IMG/VR virus record: IMGVR_UViG_3300030060_007423
Location: 32,001 to 96,000 of that record
Origin: a virus
DNA length: 64,000 bases
Strand: one strand, 5' to 3'
The first letter of the stretch is position 1, and the number at the start of each line of letters is the position of its first letter. A program made the translations under genes and the position numbers. The notes under the pieces are model-generated. The model did not search any database, was not told the origin of the DNA, and saw only the letters and a list, made by a program, of their open reading frames with translations. This document shows, in pieces, positions 16,609 to 25,524 of the stretch.

Positions 16609-17736
16609 ATGGCAAAGAAAGTAAATACAAAGAGAGATGATTTAGCAAATTTGTTGGCAGATAGTCTTAACAAAAAGTTCAAGGACTATAAAGTTGCTTA
16701 CTTTCTTGACGGTACAGAAGAAACACCAACTGACTTAACAGAGTGGATTAGTACTGGGTCATCTATGCTTGACTTGGCAATTTCTAACAGAAAAAATGGT
16801 GGTATACCAGTTGGTAGAATTACTGAAATAACTGGTCTTGAAGGTAGTGGAAAGAGTCTTATGGCTGCTCACCTACTTGCAAATACACAAAAACAAGGTG
16901 GACTTGCAGTTTACATTGATACAGAAAATGCAATGAATGAAGAATTTGCTACGGCAATTGGAATTGATGTTGCAAATATGTTATATATTCAATTGGAAAC
17001 TGTTGAGGAAATTTTTGAGGTTATGGAAAACATCATCACTAAAGTTAGAGAAAGCGATAAAGATAGGCTTGTTACAATAGTTGTAGATTCATTGGCTGGC
17101 TCAACAACCAAAGTTGAGAGTGAGGCTGATTATAGCAAAGATGGCTGGGCAACCAGTAAGGCAATTATTTTATCAAAGGCTATGCGTAAGATTACTCAAA
17201 TGATAGGAAGGCAGAGAATTTGTCTCGTATTTACAAACCAACTTAGACAAAAGATGGGGGTTATGTTTGGTGATCCTTGGACTACATCTGGAGGTAAGGC
17301 AGTAGCTTTCCATTCCAGTTGTAGACTAAGGCTAAAACCTATGGGACAAATAAAAGCCAGAGTTGATGGTCAAGAACAAGTTATGGGTATTAAAACCGTT
17401 GCACAAGTTGTAAAAAATAGAATGGGCCCACCATTAAGAAAGTCACAATTTGAAATTTATTTTGAAAGTGGTATTGATGATTTTGGTGGATGGTTACATG
17501 TTCTAAAAGATTACAAACTTGTTAAGCAAGGTGGTAGTTGGTACACATATACTGACCAAAATGGTAAGGACCATAAATTTATGTCAAAGGATTGGAATTC
17601 ATTATTGGAAAACAATGAAGAACTAAGAACAGAAATTTATGATAAAATTGCAGATACAATTATTATGAATTACAAAGTTGATAATTTTGGAATTGATGAT
17701 GTTGAAATCAGCAGTGAACCAGTACCAGAAGGATAA
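16609..17736 (+). CDS. recA: RecA/UvsX recombinase
   Basis: ISTGS..LD, Walker A GLEGSGKS, YIDTE, IVVDSLA, FTNQLR, TTSGGKA, KNRMGPP. Confidence 0.95.
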   Translation: MAKKVNTKRDDLANLLADSLNKKFKDYKVAYFLDGTEETPTDLTEWISTGSSMLDLAISNRKNGGIPVGRITEITGLEGSGKSLMAAHLLANTQKQGGLAVYIDTENAMNEEFATAIGIDVANMLYIQLETVEEIFEVMENIITKVRESDKDRLVTIVVDSLAGSTTKVESEADYSKDGWATSKAIILSKAMRKITQMIGRQRICLVFTNQLRQKMGVMFGDPWTTSGGKAVAFHSSCRLRLKPMGQIKARVDGQEQVMGIKTVAQVVKNRMGPPLRKSQFEIYFESGIDDFGGWLHVLKDYKLVKQGGSWYTYTDQNGKDHKFMSKDWNSLLENNEELRTEIYDKIADTIIMNYKVDNFGIDDVEISSEPVPEG

Positions 17737-17748
17737 TAGGTTATGAAT

Positions 17749-18000
17749 AAGTAATTGGTGGCTAACCCCACCTTTTACTTCGTCTTACACAACAACAGCC
17801 TTCTCGTGGCGTAGGATGTTAAGGTCAAAAATCCGCACTTATCGAATGATTATTTGACCGACCAATGTTGTTAACGAGTGATTTGTCTTTGGCCAAGTGA
17901 CCCCAAAGCAAATTTATGATTAAGGTATATGTGGCTGATACCAATTGTTCTCTAATCGTCACTGTTGGAGATACTATAAACATATACTATGTCAGCTTGG
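17749..18000 (+). ncRNA. Candidate structured non-coding RNA with two pseudoknots and a kissing loop; family not recognised
   Basis: 368-bp ORF-free gap, GC-richer than other gaps, with at least seven predicted helices; G:U pairs favour the + strand (see findings). Confidence 0.7.
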
Positions 18001-18039
18001 AAGCCCTGGATTTGTTTTATCAATGAAGGGGCTTTTTTT
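18001..18039 (+). terminator. Intrinsic terminator
   Basis: AAGCCCT...GGGGCTT stem followed by a T run (18033-18039). Confidence 0.75.
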
Positions 18040-18042
18040 ACC

Positions 18043-18080
18043 AAAAATATTTTTTTATCCCAAATAAAATAGTTATATTA
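18043..18080 (+). promoter_or_regulatory. Class-1 promoter motif
   Basis: AAATATTTTTTTATCCCAAATAAAATAGTTATATTA upstream of the exonuclease. Confidence 0.75.
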
Positions 18081-18104
18081 TACTAAACAAAAAGATAATA
18101 GCAT

Positions 18105-19154
18105 ATGTCAAAAAGCAGATACTTTTCAATACTTGAAACACTACAGGAGAATACTGATACTCCTTCTAACCCCAATGATAGAATATTAATCGTTGACGGG
18201 CTAAATACATTTATCAGAGCATTTGCAGCAAACCCAGTAACAAATGAAGATGGAATACATGTTGGTGGAATAACTGGTACACTAATGTCAATTGGATACG
18301 CAATAAAACAAATTAAACCAACACGTGTTATTATTTGTTTTGATGGAAAAGGTGGTAGCCAAAGAAGAAGAAAAATATTTCCAGATTATAAAGCAAATCG
18401 TAGAGTAAAATCTAGGCTTACACGGCATGGAAATCATAATACAATGGAAGATGAATCATTGTCTATGAAACAACAATTAATGAGGTGTGCTCAATATTTA
18501 CAACAATTACCAGTTACTGTTTTAAGTGTTGAAAATATTGAAGCAGATGATAGTATGGCATATATTTCTCAACAGGTATATCCTGATAGTCAAAAGTTTA
18601 TTATGTCAACAGATAGGGATTTTTTACAATTAGTATCTGACAAAGTACATGTATGGTCACCAACAAAAAAGAAGTTTTATTTTAAGGAAACAATAATGGA
18701 AGAGTATGGTATACCATCTCATAACTTTTTATTATATAGAACAATTGAAGGTGATGCATCTGATAATATCCCAGGAATTAGAGGTGCAGGTAGAAAAACC
18801 ATTGCAAATAGAATTCCTATAATAACAGAGAACAGGACAGTAACTATTGATGAAATAATTGATTTTACAGCACAAAATTCAAAATATAAAATATTAAAAA
18901 CAATTTCTGAATCAAAAGAATTGTTAGATATGAATTATAAACTAATGCAATTAGATGAGGTAGATATATCAGGTTCAGCAAAGACAAAGATAATGAATAC
19001 AGTAAGGTCACCTATCCAACGATTAGTAAAATATGAATTTCAAAAAATGATTTTAGAAGACAAAATCAATGGTTCAATTAAAAACCCAGACTTATGGTTA
19101 AAGCAAGTATTTTTACCATTAGACTCTTATGCAGGAATGACAAATGACAAGTAG
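18105..19154 (+). CDS. 5'-3' exonuclease / flap endonuclease (PolI N-terminal, T4 RNase H-like)
   Basis: LIVDGLN, CFDGKGG..RR..FPDYKANR, EADD, STDRDFLQL, GDASDNIPGI.G.G.K. Confidence 0.95.
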   Translation: MSKSRYFSILETLQENTDTPSNPNDRILIVDGLNTFIRAFAANPVTNEDGIHVGGITGTLMSIGYAIKQIKPTRVIICFDGKGGSQRRRKIFPDYKANRRVKSRLTRHGNHNTMEDESLSMKQQLMRCAQYLQQLPVTVLSVENIEADDSMAYISQQVYPDSQKFIMSTDRDFLQLVSDKVHVWSPTKKKFYFKETIMEEYGIPSHNFLLYRTIEGDASDNIPGIRGAGRKTIANRIPIITENRTVTIDEIIDFTAQNSKYKILKTISESKELLDMNYKLMQLDEVDISGSAKTKIMNTVRSPIQRLVKYEFQKMILEDKINGSIKNPDLWLKQVFLPLDSYAGMTNDK

Positions 19155-20505
19155 AATATCTGATTACGGTACAATATTTCAAGTAAAGTTAATAGCCTCA
19201 CTATTTACAGATAAGGCATTTCTTCAACAAATTACAGATATTCTAGAACCTAAAATGTTTGAAAATGAAGCAAATTTTTACATTGTAAAAGAAATCCAAA
19301 ATTACTTTAATGAATATAAAGCTCCTCCAACCTTAGAGGTAATGAAAGTGAAGGTTGCTGAAATAGAAAGTGAACTTCTTAAACAAACTGTAGTTGATAC
19401 ATTAAAGGAAGCATATAGAAATTTGGAAGCTTCTGATTTGGATTTTGTAAAACAACAAACTCTTGACTTTTGTAAAAACCAATGCATCAAATCTGCAATA
19501 ATGGATTCAGTTGAATTACTTAAGTTTAATGATTTTGATGGAATTAAATCTAAAGTTGATGCAGCAATGAAAGCTGGTGTAGAAAAGAATGTTGGCCATG
19601 AGTATAAAAATGACGTTGATGAAAGGTATTTGGAAAGTGTAAGAAACACTATAACAACTGGCTGGGATGTAATTGATGATATTGCCGATGGTGGTTTAGG
19701 GAAAGGTGAACTTGGAGTATTTGTTGCTCCTGCAGGTATTGGTAAGTCATGGGCATTAGTAAATGTTGGTGCAAATGCTGCAAAGGCTGGACTAAATGTT
19801 ATACACTATACTTTAGAGCTAAATGAGGCTTATGTTGGATTGAGATATGATAGTGTATTTACTGGTATATCTGCACAAGATTTGAAATTTAATATTGAAG
19901 AGGTAAAAAAGACAGTTGAAAATATGAAGGGAGATTTAATTGTTAAGCAATATCCAACAAAGTCTGCTTCAGTTTCAACAATTGGTGCGCATATTGAAAA
20001 ATGTAGGGTGCAAGGTTTCAAACCGGACTTGGTGATTGTTGATTATGCTGACCTATTAAGAGACATAAGTGGAGGCCGAGAAGTACGACATATGCTAGGT
20101 AACATTTATGAAGACTTAAGAGGACTAGCTGGTGAACATGAAATTCCGGTTTGGACTGCATCACAAGCAAACCGTTCAGCACTAGAAGAAGATGTAATTG
20201 GAGCAGAGAAAATTGCAGAATCATATAGTAAAATAATGACAGCAGATTTTGTTGTTTCATTAAGTAGAAAAATAGAAGATAAATTAGCCGGAACAGGTAG
20301 ATGGCACGTAATTAAAAATAGGTTTGGACCTGACGGAATGACATTTCCAAGTAAAGCAAATATGTCAAATGGTCAAATGCAAATATTTGAATCAAATTCT
20401 GTGCAGGGACAAGAGACACAAAAGGACATGAATAATCATAACGAATACTTAAGAAAAATATTAAAAAATAAGTACAAAGAACTTGATAAAGACAACAATA
20501 GTTGA
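19144..20505 (+). CDS. Replicative DnaB-family helicase (T4 gp41-like)
   Basis: APAGIGKS Walker A, HYTLEL, IVDYADLL, WTASQANR, KNRFGPDG. Confidence 0.95.
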   Translation: MTSRISDYGTIFQVKLIASLFTDKAFLQQITDILEPKMFENEANFYIVKEIQNYFNEYKAPPTLEVMKVKVAEIESELLKQTVVDTLKEAYRNLEASDLDFVKQQTLDFCKNQCIKSAIMDSVELLKFNDFDGIKSKVDAAMKAGVEKNVGHEYKNDVDERYLESVRNTITTGWDVIDDIADGGLGKGELGVFVAPAGIGKSWALVNVGANAAKAGLNVIHYTLELNEAYVGLRYDSVFTGISAQDLKFNIEEVKKTVENMKGDLIVKQYPTKSASVSTIGAHIEKCRVQGFKPDLVIVDYADLLRDISGGREVRHMLGNIYEDLRGLAGEHEIPVWTASQANRSALEEDVIGAEKIAESYSKIMTADFVVSLSRKIEDKLAGTGRWHVIKNRFGPDGMTFPSKANMSNGQMQIFESNSVQGQETQKDMNNHNEYLRKILKNKYKELDKDNNS

Positions 20506-20537
20506 CTTTATATAAATATATTTTGATATTTATTACA

Positions 20538-20564
20538 GACTGGCAATTAGCCGGTTATTTTTTT
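20538..20564 (+). terminator. Terminator-like hairpin between helicase and nrdJ
   Basis: GACTGGC-AATTA-GCCGGTT followed by ATTTTTTT. Confidence 0.55.
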
Positions 20565-20599
20565 CAGTAATTGTTCTATAAAGTAAAGAGGAAAGTATA

Positions 20600-22459
20600 A
20601 TGGAAGTATCTAATCAGATTTTATCAAACATAACAGTACATATGAAGTACGCTAAGTTTATTCCAGAACTTGGGAGAAGAGAAACGTGGGAAGAGCTTGT
20701 TACAAGAAACAAAGCCATGCATATTAAAAAATATCCACAATTGAAAGAAGAAATTGAAGAAAAGTACAAGTTTGTGTATGACAAAAAAATACTTCCATCA
20801 ATGCGTAGTTTACAGTTTGGTGGAAAACCAATTGAAATTTCACCAAATAGAATTTACAACTGTGCATATCTGCCTATAGATTCTATTGATGCTTTTAGTG
20901 AAACAATGTTTTTGTTGTTAGGTGGAACAGGTGTTGGTTATTCAGTACAAAAACACCATGTTGAAAAACTACCAATGATACAAAAACCATACCCAAAGAG
21001 AAAGAAAAGATTCTTAATTGGTGATAGTATAGAAGGTTGGGCAGATGCCATTAAAGTTCTTATGAAATCTTATATGAATGGTGGTGGAAGTAGAATAGAG
21101 TTTGACTTTTCAGATATTAGACCTAAAGGTGCAATGCTTGTAACATCAGGTGGTAAAGCTCCAGGACCTCAACCACTTAAAGAGTGTGTATTAAAGGTTA
21201 AGGGTATTTTAGAACAAAAAGAATCTGGTGAAAAATTAACTACAATTGAAGCTCATGATATTGTATGCCATATCGCTGATGCAGTTCTTGCAGGTGGTAT
21301 TCGTAGAGCCGCTCTTATTAGTTTGTTTAGTGCAGACGATGACCAAATGATTGCTTGTAAATCAGGTAACTGGTGGGAGCTAAATCCACAACGTGGTAGA
21401 GCAAATAATTCAGCTTGTTTAATGAGACATAAAATCACAAAAGAGTTTTTTATGGATCTTTGGAAAAGGGTAGAATTATCTGGTGCAGGTGAACCTGGTA
21501 TCTATTTTAATAATGACAAAGACTGGGGAACTAACCCATGTTGCGAAATAGCATTAAGGCCATTTCAGTTTTGTAATTTATGTGAAGTAAATGCTAGTGA
21601 CATAGAAGACCAAGAAGACTTAAATGAAAGAGTTAAAGCAGCTGCATTTATAGGTACACTTCAAGCAGGTTATACATCTTTTCATTATCTTAGAGATATT
21701 TGGAGAGAAACAACAGAAAAAGAAGCACTCATTGGTGTAAGTATGACAGGTATTGGTAGTGGTACTGTTTTAGGATATGATATGAAACAAGCTGCTGACA
21801 AAGTAAAGAGGGAAAATACTCGAGTTGCAAAAATTATTGGTGTAAACAAATCGGCAAGAACAACAACAGTTAAACCTGCAGGAACAACAAGTTTAGTTTT
21901 AGGTACCTCATCTGGAATCCATGCATGGCATAATGATTATTATATCAGAAGAATTAGAGTTGGTAAAAATGAATCAATATATAATTATTTGAAAACAAAC
22001 CACCCAGTTCTAGTTGAAGATGAATATTTTAGACCACATGATACTGCTGTTATTCAAGTACCACAAAAAGCTCCAGAAGGTTCAATACTTAGAACAGAAT
22101 CACCTTTCCAACTATTTGATAGAGTAAAGAGAGTTGCAACTGAATGGGTCAAATCAGGACATCGTAAAGGTTCAAATAGTCACAATGTATCAGCAACAGT
22201 TTCTCTTAAAGAAGAAGATTGGCAGTTGGCTGGCGAGTGGATGTGGGAAAACAGGACTCACTATAATGGTTTATCTGTTTTACCTTATGATGGCGGAACT
22301 TATACTCAAGCACCATTTGAAGATATAGATAAAACAACATATGATGAAATGATGAAGTCTTTAACAGAAGTTGATTTATCAAATGTTGTAGAGCTTGAAG
22401 ATAATACAAATTTATCTGGCGAATTGGCTTGCGCAGGAGGTAGCTGTGAGATTACATAA
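20600..22459 (+). CDS. nrdJ: Class II (adenosylcobalamin-dependent) ribonucleotide reductase
   Basis: PSMRSLQFGG, YNC, GTGVG, VLAGGIRRAA, TNPCCEI, CNLCE, TTVKPAGT, C-terminal CAGGSCEI; no R2 subunit nearby. Confidence 0.93.
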   Translation: MEVSNQILSNITVHMKYAKFIPELGRRETWEELVTRNKAMHIKKYPQLKEEIEEKYKFVYDKKILPSMRSLQFGGKPIEISPNRIYNCAYLPIDSIDAFSETMFLLLGGTGVGYSVQKHHVEKLPMIQKPYPKRKKRFLIGDSIEGWADAIKVLMKSYMNGGGSRIEFDFSDIRPKGAMLVTSGGKAPGPQPLKECVLKVKGILEQKESGEKLTTIEAHDIVCHIADAVLAGGIRRAALISLFSADDDQMIACKSGNWWELNPQRGRANNSACLMRHKITKEFFMDLWKRVELSGAGEPGIYFNNDKDWGTNPCCEIALRPFQFCNLCEVNASDIEDQEDLNERVKAAAFIGTLQAGYTSFHYLRDIWRETTEKEALIGVSMTGIGSGTVLGYDMKQAADKVKRENTRVAKIIGVNKSARTTTVKPAGTTSLVLGTSSGIHAWHNDYYIRRIRVGKNESIYNYLKTNHPVLVEDEYFRPHDTAVIQVPQKAPEGSILRTESPFQLFDRVKRVATEWVKSGHRKGSNSHNVSATVSLKEEDWQLAGEWMWENRTHYNGLSVLPYDGGTYTQAPFEDIDKTTYDEMMKSLTEVDLSNVVELEDNTNLSGELACAGGSCEIT

Positions 22460-22637
22460 ACCTGATTGGATAGAAGAGTTATACCTTAAAGAGTATATTA
22501 ACAAACAATCAACCAAAGATTATTATTGGGAAAATGGCAAAATGGTAATGACAGAAAATTACCATGTAAACCGAGGTTACTGTTGTAAAAACGGATGTAA
22601 GCATTGCCCTTATGAAAACAGTAAATCAACAGGCTAA
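22446..22637 (+). CDS. Cys-rich small protein (DUF5522-like)
   Basis: DYYWENGKMVMTENYH..RGYCCKNGCKHCPY. Start reassigned to GTG 22446 with AGGAGG 5 nt upstream. Confidence 0.75.
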   Translation: MRLHKPDWIEELYLKEYINKQSTKDYYWENGKMVMTENYHVNRGYCCKNGCKHCPYENSKSTG

Positions 22638-22821
22638 AATTTTACAAGATGAGATTAAAGCCAAAAAGTTAGAATTGTCTAAATTACAAGATGATTGTAA
22701 ACATGAAAAAAAACAAATAAAAATGGATGAAACAAACTCCGCAATGTGGGAATGTGAAAATTGTTCAAGACGACTAAGATACCCTACACCTGCAGAGATG
22801 GATATATGGATTAGCAAGTAA
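22612..22821 (+). CDS. Hypothetical protein (coiled coil plus CxH/CxxC)
   Basis: 69 aa; stop codon overlaps the cysteine synthase start. Confidence 0.65.
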   Translation: MKTVNQQAKILQDEIKAKKLELSKLQDDCKHEKKQIKMDETNSAMWECENCSRRLRYPTPAEMDIWISK

Positions 22822-23723
22822 TGAACATATTAAGTAGTTATGTAGGAAATACGCCTTTAGTTCCAATTACTATGGGAGGTTACACAGTCTGGTGTAAATG
22901 TGAATTTATGAATCCCGGTGGTTCTGTTAAAGATAGAATGGCCACCCACATATTAAATAGTGCTGAACACAATAAATTAATCAAAAAAGGTGATACACTA
23001 ATAGAGGCAACTTCAGGAAATACTGGAATTGCTTTTGCTATGTTAGCAGCTGAACGAGGTTATAAAATGAAAATTGTTATGCCGTGCAATATGAGCGAAG
23101 AACGTAAACAAATGTTAAAGTTTTATGGCGCCGAATTAATAGAGGTTGATGCAGGTGATTTTGATGCTGCAATTGATTTAAGAGATACACTTGCAAATGC
23201 TAAGGGATGGTTTAATTGTAATCAGTTTCATAACCCACTAAATATAGAAGCACACTATAAAAATACAGGACCAGAGATAGAAAGACAAGTTAGGTCTCAA
23301 CTTGATAGCTATGATTATGATGGATGGCCTCAAGCATTTGTGGCTGGAACAGGTACTGGTGGAACAATTATGGGTTGTGGAAAATACCTACAAAAACATT
23401 ATCCAGGTATAAGTTTAGTTGCAGTTGAACCAGAAGAAAGTGCCGTCATGTCAGGGATGGAACCAGGCTTACATGGTATACAAGGAATTGGTGATGGTAG
23501 TAAGTTTTTAGTAGACTTAAACAAAATTAGTGATATTATAACTGTACATACAGAATGTGCAAAAAAAGTAGCAAAACATTTGGCATTACGATATGGCTTA
23601 TTTGTTGGAATAAGTGCTGGTGCAAATGTTAAGGCCGCATTTGAATGGTTACGTGACAATGATAAAAAACATGCAATAACTATTCTTTGTGATAGAGGTG
23701 AAAGGTATTTTAGTTGCTTATGA
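22821..23723 (+). CDS. cysK: Cysteine synthase family PLP enzyme
   Basis: GNTPLV, KCEFMNPGGSVKDR, EATSGNTG, GTGTGGT, HGIQGIG, GISAGAN, DRGERY. Confidence 0.92.
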   Translation: MNILSSYVGNTPLVPITMGGYTVWCKCEFMNPGGSVKDRMATHILNSAEHNKLIKKGDTLIEATSGNTGIAFAMLAAERGYKMKIVMPCNMSEERKQMLKFYGAELIEVDAGDFDAAIDLRDTLANAKGWFNCNQFHNPLNIEAHYKNTGPEIERQVRSQLDSYDYDGWPQAFVAGTGTGGTIMGCGKYLQKHYPGISLVAVEPEESAVMSGMEPGLHGIQGIGDGSKFLVDLNKISDIITVHTECAKKVAKHLALRYGLFVGISAGANVKAAFEWLRDNDKKHAITILCDRGERYFSCL

Positions 23724-24430
23724 ATTATTTATTTGATGTAGATGGTACATTAACCCCAAGTAGGTTAAAAATTGATCCAGAATTTGAGAAATTTTTCTTA
23801 AATTGGATGAAAAACAAAGATGTTTATTTAGTTACAGGTTCAGATAAGGATAAAACAATAGAACAAGTAGGTATAAAAATTTGGACAAATGTTACAAGAG
23901 CATATCAATCATGTGGCAATGCTGTTTATGAAAATGGTATGTTAATTGACCAACGTGATTTTATACTAGAGCCTGAACTCAAAAAGCTATTATTAGAATT
24001 TGTAAAGTGGTCAGATTGTCCAAAACAATTTAGTAATCATATTGAGGAAAGAATTGGATTGGTTAACTTTAGTACTATTGGTAGAACTTGTACTCAAGAC
24101 GCAAGAAATGATTATTATAAATGGGACAATAAGATTAAAGAAAGAGAATCTTTTTGTAAAATAATTGAAGAAAAATTTCCAGAATTAGAAGCAACTGTAG
24201 GTGGAGAAATATCAATAGACATTTATCCTAAAGGGCAAAATAAAGCACAAGTGTTAGATGATATAATTGGACCTGTTACATTTTTTGGTGATAAATGCAA
24301 ACCTGGTGGTAATGACTATCCAATAGTAAATCGCTTAGGCATGCTAAATGAAGAAAATGAACTATCAGTAACTGTTCATGAAGTATCTAATTGGAAAGAT
24401 ACATTAAAAATATTAAATAGTTATAAATGA
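23720..24430 (+). CDS. HAD-IIB phosphomannomutase (eukaryotic PMM-type)
   Basis: LFDVDGTLTPSR, VTGSD, HIEERIGLVNFS.IGR, GGEISIDIYP.G..K, FFGDK..PGGNDY. Start set at ATG 23720 (ATGA overlap). Confidence 0.88.
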   Translation: MNYLFDVDGTLTPSRLKIDPEFEKFFLNWMKNKDVYLVTGSDKDKTIEQVGIKIWTNVTRAYQSCGNAVYENGMLIDQRDFILEPELKKLLLEFVKWSDCPKQFSNHIEERIGLVNFSTIGRTCTQDARNDYYKWDNKIKERESFCKIIEEKFPELEATVGGEISIDIYPKGQNKAQVLDDIIGPVTFFGDKCKPGGNDYPIVNRLGMLNEENELSVTVHEVSNWKDTLKILNSYK

Positions 24431-24624
24431 AAAAAGTAAAAATATCATTCTCAAAACCAGTTAAGTTAAATAGGCATGAACCTGTAACTGAAGTGATAAT
24501 AGATAAAACAGTATCCGAAGGTCACAATTCAATTGAAAGAGACATTCAATATATCCTCTGCAATGCAATGAGTGATATGAGATACAAGGGACTAAAATCA
24601 TTTAATGTAGAAATTATAGAATAA
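24427..24624 (+). CDS. Hypothetical protein
   Basis: 65 aa, translationally coupled on both sides. Confidence 0.65.
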   Translation: MKKVKISFSKPVKLNRHEPVTEVIIDKTVSEGHNSIERDIQYILCNAMSDMRYKGLKSFNVEIIE

Positions 24625-25481
24625 TGAAATGTATAGTTGGAAATAATTTAACAGCATTGTTAGCATCTCACATATTTAGTGATTTAGATTTTTATAACCA
24701 TGAAAAACAAATGGTTGAAGAATATACATACATTCCTACAACCGCATCTATTATTGATATATTAGATTGTTTAGGTTTAGACTTTTCAATAAAATCATTT
24801 AAGTGTTGTTTTGATAATCGTGGAAAACTATCTGCAAAATTTGATGAAACATTTGTAAATATTTGGTGTATACATACAAGAGGCAAATCAGTTGTTGAGA
24901 AAAGTTACATTGATAATTTATCACATAAGGTAAGTTACATATCAATAAATGATTTACCACCACTTGAAAGTCTAAATATATTAAAATCAGTTTTACTAGA
25001 AAAATCAAATGCAAAATCAACAATATCAGGCATTGAAGAATTAGAAGATTACAAAAAAGTTTTGTGGTGCCATGATTTGCGATTACTCAATAGTGGCATT
25101 ATAACTGAATATGTTGATAGTTATCAGTATATATGTAAGCATTCAGAAGTAGATGGTATAAACCAAATATTTGATGTTGTATATAGCATAGGAAAACCAT
25201 ATTACAGAAAAATTTACTCAGGAGAAAATGTAATATATAGTGCAATGCGAAAAATATATGACAAAACAGTTGATGATAATACAGTTTTAGAATCATCACC
25301 AACAATACAGATTGTTGACAACCTTAGATTAAATTCATTCAAAAAGTTTGACTTATTAGGTGTATATTCACAATGGGATTTAGGTATGAGTTTAGGAAAG
25401 GTACTTATGCGTTGCAATGAACTTAGAGAATATTACATTGATGATAAAAAAATATCTAAAAATATTTTTATTTCTCAATAA
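24624..25481 (+). CDS. Degenerate FAD-binding protein (UDP-galactopyranose mutase-like fold?)
   Basis: N-terminal CIVGNNLTALLAS is a decayed GxGxxG dinucleotide motif; C-terminal LLGVYSQWD..M resembles the GRxAxW/Y...MD motif of Glf-like flavoproteins. Confidence 0.4.
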   Translation: MKCIVGNNLTALLASHIFSDLDFYNHEKQMVEEYTYIPTTASIIDILDCLGLDFSIKSFKCCFDNRGKLSAKFDETFVNIWCIHTRGKSVVEKSYIDNLSHKVSYISINDLPPLESLNILKSVLLEKSNAKSTISGIEELEDYKKVLWCHDLRLLNSGIITEYVDSYQYICKHSEVDGINQIFDVVYSIGKPYYRKIYSGENVIYSAMRKIYDKTVDDNTVLESSPTIQIVDNLRLNSFKKFDLLGVYSQWDLGMSLGKVLMRCNELREYYIDDKKISKNIFISQ

Positions 25482-25495
25482 TTTTTGTTATATTA
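25458..25495 (+). promoter_or_regulatory. Class-1 promoter motif
   Basis: AAAAATATTTTTATTTCTCAATAATTTTTGTTATATTA. Confidence 0.7.
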
Positions 25496-25524
25496 GATAA
25501 AATAAAGAAAACAGGTTATATACT

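Noticed and set aside
17749-18039. Intergenic RNA as tmRNA, RNase P, cobalamin or SAM riboswitch, HDV/hammerhead ribozyme, or group I intron
   Set aside because: No T-arm or acceptor stem and no tag ORF (the minus-strand GCCACCA belongs to a simple hairpin); no GAGGAAAGUCC, B12 box or CUGAUGA/GAAA core; the helix order lacks HDV P1.1/P4; the flanking genes are intact. By-eye exclusion only, so an Rfam search is still needed.
20490-20508. CAAC-AATA-GTTG palindrome upstream of nrdJ as an NrdR box
   Set aside because: Single copy, poor match to the 16-bp consensus, and lies mostly within helicase coding sequence.
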